From Nymphaea colorata (Eukaryota), in assembly GCF_008831285.2 (NCBI RefSeq), contig NC_045138.2, positions 27,838,001 to 27,902,000 of the forward strand: 64,000 bases of DNA, written 5' to 3'. Below the pieces are notes generated by a model, which made no database searches, was not told the origin of the DNA, and saw nothing but the letters and a program-made list of their open reading frames with translations. Positions 37,701-48,326 of the stretch are shown here, one piece after another. The translations under genes and the position numbers were made by a program. Each line of letters opens with the position of its first letter. The stretch's first letter is position 1.

Positions 37701-40700
37701 GAACAAAATGAAAACTGAGTTTAAAATATTAAATGAAGTAACTTTAGCGGTTTGAATCAGTTATGGTTTAAAAAGCATCCAAATGTGTTCAAATAACCTC
37801 TTTGGAAACTGGTCTGGCTCATTGAATACGTGTACCCTACTGAATTACGATGTCAAAAAACTTTTGAACACATTTTACTACTAAATATTTAACATCATTA
37901 CAGAGAACAACTACCATTTTGGATGCCGAAAATGCGACTGTTATTTGCACAGGCAATGAAATGAACTGCCCTTCTCACAGCTGATGTTTGGGAGAAGTAG
38001 CATGAACGCTTCAGTTGTTCGAGGTCAGCCTTTTCGTGTCGGGTTAGATGAACAGTTAATGGAGATTGTTGGTGTGATTTTAATTGTTCATGCAGGTTTA
38101 AAGAAGACACGGCCGATCGCACATGGACTTCAGATTACGGAGGGTATGGACTTCCCGTCAACACCACTACTAGAATAGAGAGCACTGGCTTGTTCCGGGT
38201 ACCATCCATGGTCCTCCAAACTGCCGAATACTCGAGGAGCGGTATAAATATCCGTTGGAAACAAGAAGCAGAGGGAGAAGAATACGTTTTCGTCTTTTAT
38301 TTTGCGGGGATAAACCGACAAGATAACCTGACCGTAATTATAAACGGACAACAACCACCCTTTCCTTTTGAAGTTCCTTACATGCAGTCATACTATGTTT
38401 ACTCAACTAATCTAAAGTTTGAAGATTATTTGATCAATATCAGCGGTGCAAATCTTACGAGTGTCCCCATCATCAATGCATTTGAAGTGTACAAGGTGTA
38501 CGAACCCGCGGGTGGGGCAACGTATGGCCAAGACGGTGAGTATCTTACTGATTTGGTTAACAGTTACGAGTATCTTACTGATTTGGAAACAGGAACACTG
38601 CATTGGCTTTGGAATGCAGTGTTCTATGAATGTCTTCCAAGAACTGGACCACATTTATTTCGTGTAAGACAATTATGTTTAAGAGCGAAGCTAGATTACA
38701 GTGAGTCTCTGTGCAGAACTAAGTGTGCATAGACCAAGAAAGAATCCACAAAACATATGACAAGTAAGAGGGTATAAGTATTCGTCTTAACAAACTCACC
38801 TTCTAACTTAGGAATTTTATACGATTGCAGTTGATGCCATTACGGGAATAAGAGATTACTACCAAATCAAGAAAAACTGGGCCTCTGATCCTTGTCTGCC
38901 CAAGCTGTATCCATGGGAAGGCGTGAATTGCAGCTATGGGAATCCGATGTCTCCAACAATCACTGGCTTGTAAGTTCAATGCCTTAAAAGTCTCCTAAAC
39001 TAATAAATTATTCATGGTTCTAATTGCGTAAAATTACTGTGCAGGGACCTTTCCAACAGTGAATTACAGGGCTCAATATCTACTGAATTTGAAATGTTGA
39101 AATCTATTCAGTCACTGTAAGTGTGCCTGTGCATCATAATAAATCCATCCTGTGATCGATCAGGTTTTCTGACTGCGCAGGCCTTTCTGGTCTCTGCACA
39201 CAGGAACTTGTCAGGGAATCACTTGAATGGTCCAATACCAGAATTCCTTGGAACGATGAAAAGTCTGCGGACGCTGTGAGTATGCTTATTGTGGTATTGT
39301 GGGCTTTCACTTTCCTTGTTTTTCCTTCGGTTTGAAGAAAATTGATCGTGGGTCGGTAATTTTAGAGACCTGTCCGATAATGATTTATGTGGACCGATCC
39401 CAAGTGCCCTCAAAGCAAGAATGGATGACGGATCACTTTCAGTAAGGTCTGGTTTAAGAATATTGACTTTAGCTCTTTAGTTTTCTAAAATTTAATCCAG
39501 ATTGATTAAAAAAGACACTTGTATAGGTTGAAAAACATTCGCCTGGATTGTCATGACCCTGTCCCTGTCCCTGCTCCTGACCCAGTCAAGTTGGTGATCG
39601 CCATTTGTGTTCCTATAGCCGTCGTCCTCATAATTATAGCGATCATCTGTATTGTCCTTTTCAAGAGAAGGCATCGACACACTCATATACCGGAGCCACG
39701 TCCAACACCAGTAGGTATGATGTCCATATGCACAACTACGTAGAATGCACTCAATTCCTTTTTGTCGGCATTGAACGATCTCTATTTGAGAACAGTTCCG
39801 GTTGTGCCACCTTCGCCAATACCAGTACCAGAAGTTCCGAATGCGCCTCCTCCAGCACCAGTACCAACAGTTCCAGTTGCGCCACCTCCTCCAGTTCCAG
39901 GACACGAGAACAGGTTCAGCTACAGTGACATTGTGCGGATCACCAATAACTTTCAAACTGAGATAGGTAAAGGAGGGTGTGGAAGTGTTTATCTTGGACA
40001 ACTGAGCCATGGCCGTCAAGTGGCAGTCAAGAAAGTTACAAGAACAGAGGCGTTAAAAAGCAGGGAATTTTCTGCAGAGGTTTGTGTCCTGTAAAATACT
40101 AGTTTAAAAGAAAAGGAAAGTTAGAAAACAGAAAAGCGAATTCGTCATCCGTACTGCGTCTGTTCATGTTTTTTCATCCTTGCAGATTGCTGCATTGACA
40201 CAAGTTCATCATAGAAGTTTGGTGTCCTTCTGTGGATTCTGTGAGGAAGGGGTGCATATGATGCTCGTATATGAATATATGGCTGGAGGAAACCTGAGGG
40301 AGCTATTGTCAGGTATGAGCGTTCATCACGCAGTTGTTAGGAATTTGCTATTTTGATGCTTTTTTCTCTTCAATGGTAGGCAACACTAAATTTCTCCATG
40401 TGGTGCATCATGAATGTAAAGTAAATAAAAACCTAGCCTTTCATTACAATTTTGAGGTGCTCAGTGAAATCCATGACTGTTGCAAATGTACCAAAATGAA
40501 AACTTTGTATGTGTGATGTGTGGAACACTCAAAGTTTCGCAATGGCTTAAAAAATTTTCTCTGAAAAAGTTTGCTGGCGATATATACCTGTTCTCCTTAC
40601 CAGTTTTTGTTACACTTTTAGCTTTTTAGGAATGGACTGGAATAGGTTCCAACAGAATGAGCCATTCTGTGCTGGGTCATTGCCCTGTGTGTGAGGGTGT

Positions 40701-42515
40701 GTTATGCTCATTGTTGCAATACACAAGGAGCCTCTGCATTTTCTTCCATTAATACATAAACTGCAAGTCCAGCTTGCTGATCGTTGTCCTTCGCTACTAG
40801 TGAGCAATGGGGCTCAGCCGAATGAGTCCAAAGATACCTTCTTCTGAAGCTAGATCAACTGCTCTTGAAAATGCATGTGTATTCGAGGTTATTGCATTGG
40901 CACTGTTCAGATTGGAGAAGAAGAAGCCTAATTGCTCTAAATTGCATAATAATCAAATTTATCCTTCTTACTGCAGATAAGACGGATAACAAATCTATGT
41001 TCTTAACTTGGGATAAGCGACTCCAAATGGCAATAAGTGTTGCTACAGGTGTGCATCCGAAACACTGCTCTAGTTTTTTGAATTTATCAACTGTCAATTC
41101 AACATTTATTTTGCAGGTCTTGATTATTTGCATGCTGGTTGCAACCCGCCAATAATTCACAGGGATGTGAAAACAAGCAATATTCTTTTGGATGGAAACA
41201 TGGAAGCAAGGCTGGCAGATTTTGGATTGTCTAGAGCCATTTATGCTGAAAATGAACCTGTATCGACTCTTGTTGTGGGTACAACAGGATACATAGACCC
41301 AGAGTACGTGAAAGTGCAACACACAAAAGATATTCATTTTATAACCGACTGGTTTCAGATTTCATTTCTTTATTTTCTTCCTTTGGTGTCTTCCTTCGGT
41401 GGGCAAGCTGAACATAAACCCGTTACTGAAGAATACGGAAAAGACAGTAAAACTGACAGCAATAGAAATGGCTGCCATCAGGTTGCTTATCTTTCCGCAG
41501 CCTTCATGTGGATAGATAAATATCCTGGCTGTAGGAATGCCATTGCCCAACCTACATACAAAATTAACAGAACTACGATAGGATCTGTACAGAACTTTGA
41601 AAAGCATCAATTGTTCCCAAGCAACCAACACCTTCCAAGACATTTTCACGTCATTAAACGAAGGAAGCAGTAACTCTTCCCCCTTTCTTTCTTATGACAA
41701 GACTCGCATTAACGGTATGACTAATGACCATTCAACAACAAAAGTTGCTTCCAAAGACTAGTTATTGAACACTGAAATTTGCCTCCCTAATTCAGGATGG
41801 CTCAAACCCTTCTTCATCTTCCTTTTGCTTGAGCGCATGTGAAGCATTTCACATGTAAAAGATTAAAGACATCCCATACATCTATGTGTGTGTGTGTGTG
41901 CGTATATATACATACATTATACAGATGGCATGCATGTCTGATATTTACTTATGTGCGTTCAGTCCTCTCATCATTGACTACAGAACGGTAGAACTCATTT
42001 CAATTTATATCCGTGCATTTTCTTGTTCCTCTCAAAGCTAGAAAAGAAAGGTGCATGTCAATGATCTAGTGTTTACTGTTTGCAGGTATTACCGCACGGG
42101 AAAACTAACAACAAAGAGTGATGTTTACAGTTTCGGTGTAGTTCTTTTTGAGCTCATAACTGGTCGTCCTGCTTTCTTCTCTGAAAATGGAATACCAACT
42201 AGCGTTGTGCAATGGGCAAAAAAAATTATACAATATGGAGATTTTCATAGGATCATCGATCCTAGACTTAGAGGACAGTATGACGCCGACTCCATATGGG
42301 GCGTTATAGAACTTGCTATTGCAAGTTTGCAGGAGTCCGGCGATAGGAGGCCTACAATGCAAAAGATTGTTACTGAACTGGCGGCAGCTAAAAATCAAGA
42401 GAAACGTCGACTTGGAATTGGAACTCCTACTGCTGGAGACGGATCGACGCCATCAGAATTTTTAGTGGACTCTTCCACATATGTGGAAACAGAAACTGCA
42501 CCTAAGCCACGGTAG
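34721..42515 (+). CDS. Malectin-like LRR-I receptor-like kinase, tandem copy A, 13 exons, ~897 aa
   Basis: Exons 34721-34790 (signal peptide [23 protein letters not shown]), 35726-36257, 38096-38535, 38831-38969, 39045-39116, 39204-39275, 39366-39446, 39527-39714 (TM), 39796-40079, 40186-40312, 40977-41048, 41117-41303, 42086-42515. All GT-AG; 2694 nt in frame. [33 protein letters not shown] present. Confidence 0.93.
36521..36740 (+). mobile_element. Possible decayed tRNA-derived SINE in intron 2 of copy A (counterpart ~47262-47430 in copy B)
   Basis: A-box-like TAGCACAAGTGA (36537-36548) and B-box-like TGTTCAGTTCCC (36573-36584) at tRNA-like spacing. No cloverleaf or clear tail; the 3' end is uncertain. 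Confidence 0.35.
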
Positions 42516-44087
42516 TAGAAAATGGCATCTGGTCACTAAGCCTACAATGGTATCAGTTTCTGCTGAAAAAGCTTGGTACTTCTAGAACAGACTTCACTCT
42601 GCTATGTATGGTAAAAAACCCTGTTGCAGACTCGGTTTTTCCATTTGATTCCTTCTTTTGCTTTTGTATGTTGTGTTTATATACAGCAGTGCACGTGAAA
42701 TAAGAGTGATTTTGTAAAGATGTGCATGGAGAACTAGAGGAGAGTCTCTGTTTTCTTCAGTTTATACTTCGACACAGGGTTGGAGTTGGAGCATATATGC
42801 AACACAGACAATTAAAATGATGCTTGTGAAAGAATTTCGTTTCTGATGGTGTTGAGCATGGATGGGTTTGTACGCGTTCTTCTGTATACTTAATAAGCTC
42901 TTGGAAATACTTCTTTTCGCCTTATTGAAAGTACTGGTCTTTTGTTTCTGTGGGGTGTTTTCCTCATCGTATGTTAAATGTTGGCCATTTAACGGTGAGA
43001 GAGTTGGTTAGTTGTTAGGATGGGTCAATAATAATAATAGTAATGCATGTTTAGTGATGTTTCATGCCACAGTCAACGCGAAGTGCATTTCAGTGTACTT
43101 TAGAATTGATATACATCTTCAAATTTATACTTACACGTTATAGGTTTTAGATTAAGCTGAAATTTCACGTACGTCACGTCTACATGGTGGGAATTCTGTT
43201 TTAGTCAAGGAATTAATATTAATGAGTTTTCTCTTTTGGAAATTGGAGTCTTAGGGATTTTGCGACAAGGAAATATGAAGAACAATTTCATAATAGCGGC
43301 AACAGGCATGCCTCTCCCGCATAGCTGACAATCAGTGATAGATTGGTTCAAGCTTGATTAATAGGAAACAGTCTAGTTTCTAAAGGATGCCCTTTCCCAC
43401 TGAAGGCATGCACGCAGATTTCTCACTGATTTCGCTGAATCTGAGGTTGTGTCGGTAGTGTTTCATTTTTAATTTTAATATATACTTTCTAAATTTTAAG
43501 TTTTTGAGGAAGATAACATAGCTGGTCCAGCAGATTGGTGTGCCAACAGTGTGCCGTTGATTTGATTTCCATAGGTATTACTCTCCAAAACTGAAAACGT
43601 TGGCGCCCCAACCACTTAAAGCTCTAAACGCTATCCGATACCCATGACCATATCGGCTCCAGAACAAACCCATACAGGTCAATAAGAGGTCTAAAGCTTT
43701 CACCTTTTTAAATCAATTTAAAGGTAATTTAGACTATTTTGTAAATTCATAATAAAATTAAAAAAGTTATAAAAAGATGTAAGCCAAGATACGACGACAG
43801 GCGCATATAGGCAACTCACAATCGCATGCATTTGGCGTAGCAGATCCAAATTTACTCTCTTGCTGCTGTCATATAATAAATGGATAGGTTTCATCCAATT
43901 GCACCACATCCAAATTTGACCTTTTCTTGGTGGCTCGACTACAAAATAGGCACTTACTACAAAATTCACCAACTTTAAATCGCCTGAGTTTTCTAATTAT
44001 TTAGATTAAAAATCTACTTCCAAGACACCACTAATATGAACAAATAATTAGTCAGAACCTTCCTTTGAAATATACTAGTTTTGCAGC

Positions 44088-44096
<9 letters not shown>

Positions 44097-44162
<66 letters not shown>
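44097..44162. repeat. (TA)n microsatellite
   Basis: Directly visible. Other long (TA)n tracts at ~14990-15027, ~28363-28398 and ~48270-48324. Confidence 0.95.
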
Positions 44163-44166
<4 letters not shown>

Positions 44167-45288
44167 CGAAAAAGGGTAGTTTAAGGCTGCCGATGCAGGT
44201 TGAGTAATTTCATAGAAAAGCAACAAAAAAAGTGTTTTCTTCTCAATCAAGGTGGCAATGCCTAAATTTACCTTATGTAATGCATCCACTTTCATTGGTG
44301 TCACGTTAGTTGACCTATAAAGCCCTGAGCTGCCTTTCTTCGTTTGTGGGAGTCACATAACAGTTTTTGCAGTCATTGTCACAAAGAGTTGAATTACAAT
44401 GAAGAACATTACTTTGCATAACATGACAGCTAAAAAACAGAAGCATACCTTTTATTAATGGGGGCTACAAATTTTGTGGCTGAAGGATACTAATACAAAA
44501 AATCTTATGTTTGGAGGGCACGAATAGGCAATAAACTAAATCATGTGAAACAATCAATATATAAACAAAAGAAACTATGTGGGTTTGTGTGACAGCTGCC
44601 TACACAAGCCCAGAGCTAGCTATGAAAGTCAGCTGATCTTTGTAGAATTGAAGTAATCTAATATAATAAGTTTGTAAGAAACAAAAGTAAGTGGTACTCT
44701 AGGGGTGCTGTGGCTAGCCACGGTTGCATACTCTTTCTACTCTGAATTCTGGAACAGGTAAATGAAACGTTATTAAACTATTCCATTAGCCAAACGACCC
44801 CTTAATGTTAACTTAGAAGAATGATATATTCTAACACCAGAAAAATGTCTATCACTGATTGAAGTCTGAAAATCAGAAGCAGAAGGCCCCTTTGATATGC
44901 AGTTAATTTACAAGTGAATCCAAATTCGCGTCCGATATATATTTGACTGAGATTAGACAGAAAATCCAACCCGGTTACATATGTGTTGGATTTCATGTTA
45001 ATCTGTATAAATTTGATTTTTTTTTTTAAAAAAAAAAAAACTGGTTCAAATCTTATTAAGTCGAGTTTGGTAGACAGAAGAGTTTGGCCCGAAAGGCAGA
45101 TGCAGAACCCATATGAATATAGTCAAAAGTTTGAATTGATATTTCTTGATGAACACTGAAAAGTTGAGGCTCTATTTCGAAGAATTTCAAAACTGAGCTG
45201 TATAGGTACTAAAGAATCTACGTATGACATGGTCGAAGCTGATTATGGCAGAGCTTAAACAAACATTTTCCTATTTAATTAGATCTCC

Positions 45289-45354
45289 TCACGTAGGTCA
45301 TCGGACTGTACAACCAGTTGTTCACGTAGGTCATCGGACTGTACAACCAGTTGT
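45289..45354 (+). repeat. Perfect 33-bp tandem duplication in the proximal 5' region of copy B
   Basis: TCACGTAGGTCATCGGACTGTACAACCAGTTGT x2; single copy in A (~34574-34606). Confidence 0.9.
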
Positions 45355-45468
45355 CCAGTGGGGGATAACTTCCATCTTCCCTTAAATTGTGTCCGTGGTC
45401 CTTTTGCCTCTATTTTGCACATTCTGCTTTGGTTCCTTCGAAGGTTCTGAAACAAACAATAGCCAAGC

Positions 45469-48266
45469 ATGAACGAATGGCGTTTCATCTTCCTTCTATT
45501 TATCTGGAACGTCGTTGTGTTCGTCCATTCTCAGAACGGTAAAGTAAATCTTTTCTCAGATAGGTGTCATGGGCATGACATAGATAATGGAATCACATAG
45601 CATGCAGATAAGGCTTTCTTTTTCTCAGAATATGTAGTTTCATTACGTATAACTGTGATATTAAGATAGAAGCCGCTGAGGGATTGATTTTACGTATATC
45701 TGTGGTATTCATGGATACAGCAAAAAGCATAACAGCGAAGAAACTTATTCGCCTCATCGGAATCAGATCAAGTAATTGCGCAATTAGTTACGTTTACTAT
45801 GAAATTCTTTTAATAGACTGCTAAACGTTGATCCTTTCAGATTCTGAGAGAATCATTACCCAAGTGTTTGGTTCGTGAGTTGTTAACTAAATAAAGTTCA
45901 TTCAGGAAAGAGATCTCCAGGTACCGGAGCCTGCAGATATGGCTTTACGCAATGCAGTAAGCTCTTTCCGGTCATGCTGTCAATATTGGCATCCTGCTCC
46001 ATAAGATGCATGGCCAAAGTGTGTTTATGAAGGTAACATGACTATTCAGATGAAGAGCTTCCGTGATGCCATCTGATCCTCACTCTGCGTTCCCTTTTGG
46101 CTTTCTTCAGTTTGAAGGTTTTAACTTGGTCAATAAGGCAATAAAACGCCATCGTGTTGTTTGACTATGAGACAAATCTTTTGTATATAAAGTATAAACA
46201 GATAGATATGGCACAGTTTGTCTTTGTGTAATCTTCACCTCAGAACGTTTCAACTTCTTCAGACAAAAGAAAGAAGTTAAACATAGCAATTGATTGACAG
46301 CAAAGGACTCTTAACTACATTTTGGGAGGAGAGGAGACGTCTTATAGTCTTTATATATAAAGAAAAGTAATGCTAGAAGTAGGCTATCCGGAATGGTTTT
46401 ATTGATATCTAAATCAGGAATTTCTTGAATCATCTTCTTGGGACTTACGCCTGTGAATCTTTACAGGATATATAAGTTTGAACTGCGGGCTTCCAGAAGG
46501 ATCGACTTCCCTTGATGAAATAGGCTACACTTACACTTCAGATCAAGCCTACATCGCGTCCGGGGAAATAAAAGAAGTGGCCACTCAATTCGCAAGCAGT
46601 CCAGTAATGTACCATACGTTAAGGTCCTTCCCAAATTACAGAAGGAACTGCTACACCTTGACACCGGTGACTCAGGGGAAGAAGTACCTGATTCGAGCTT
46701 CTTTCATGTATGGCAACTACGACGGCCAGAACCTGCTGCCCACCTTCGACCTCTACCTGGGAGCCGAACCGTGGGACACGGTGAAGCTGGATAACGCAAG
46801 TCACATTCTGTGGACTGAGATTATCGCCGCGGCACAGTCGTCGAACATAAGCGTGTGCCTCGTGAAAACTGCCGGAGTCAATCCTTTCATCTCCGGCCTG
46901 GAGCTTCGTCCTGCTGATGACATCTATAATAATACCCAATGGCCTAGTTGGCTCAAAACCTACATGAGGATTAATGCTGGTTCAAATGGACCATCCAGGT
47001 TTGTTGTCTTTCTGCTAAACCATTTTCATCTGCTTTAACTCAGTCATAGTCTCAAATCGCCACCGGGCTGTGCTCTGGATTAGCATGCATGTAGGTCCAG
47101 AGAAGCGACGGAAATTTTTTCTTGCAGACAGTTTGGGCGAACTGTGGAAAATGCAGCCCAAATGCTTGTTGCTGCTTAGTCCAATTATGTTTGGTGATTC
47201 GTCATTTTTACACACTTAAAAACTAATTATGTTTATTTTGACAAGACTTAATTGGGTCAATCCAACGGGTTAGCAGTTAGCACAAGTGACGGGAGCAGGA
47301 CTTGAGTGGCCCTAAGTTCAGTCCCCATCGTCGTGGTTTCTCATATAAGCATAACCTTGGCATAAGATCGTGAACTTAAACCTCATTGTACCCCCTTCAT
47401 GTTTGCCACAAGCTGTCTTGCCCCAGTGAAATCGTACATGGGAGGGTAGATCATATTTATTTTAATATTTTAATATTACACATGCACAAAGAACATTCAT
47501 AACCATATCATTATCTCATATCCATGTCATTATCTATACACTTGCTGATATCTCATATCTTTGTCATTATCTCAAGCCTGTAGCATTTTAAATAATGACA
47601 TAGAGTGGTAAGAGGCAATGGCAAAGATATGAGCAATAATGATAGAGGTATGTCATACCACCCATGGTCATTATTGTCAACATTATGGGTATGAGAGAAT
47701 GACAGATTTATGAGATAACAATATGAGATGATTGGTATGATATAACAATAAAGGTATGAAGTAATGACAAGGGTATAAAGCAATGGGTATGAGATAAGGA
47801 CAGAGATATGAGATAACAAAATAAGCGGAACAAAAAACTGAAGATGCTTCTTTGCCGCTCAGATGAGTATTTTGGTCATAATGATTTGCGTATATGAACT
47901 GACACAGTCATTCGACCTGAGCTTTATCGAATCCTAAAATCATACTTTTTCAGTTTTCCTTTTTGTCCCTACAAAAAAATCTATTTTTTTTAATTAATGA
48001 AGAGTATTTTTCATCATTATCATATTTGCGCACGAAAAAATTTTGTGCACGGCGATGCATACATAACTGGCCGGCTTCGGTTCCTTTGAAGGGTTAAATC
48101 TATATTCTGAAGTGGTTAATCTTTTCTAAAAATAAAAAGGCTAAATTTCTAGCATTCAAGAAAAGCTTAAGTTACATGGGTATAGGTATGATTTGGAGAC
48201 AGAGTATAGAGATATGAGTACATACATAACAACCTTACGAAAATGTGGAATGGAGTACAACAGTAT

Positions 48267-48326
<60 letters not shown>

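Noticed and set aside
39492..40019. Antisense 175-180 aa Trp/Arg-rich ORFs (also 50213-50755)
   Set aside because: Shadow frames of the CCA-rich proline repeat and TM exon on the plus strand.
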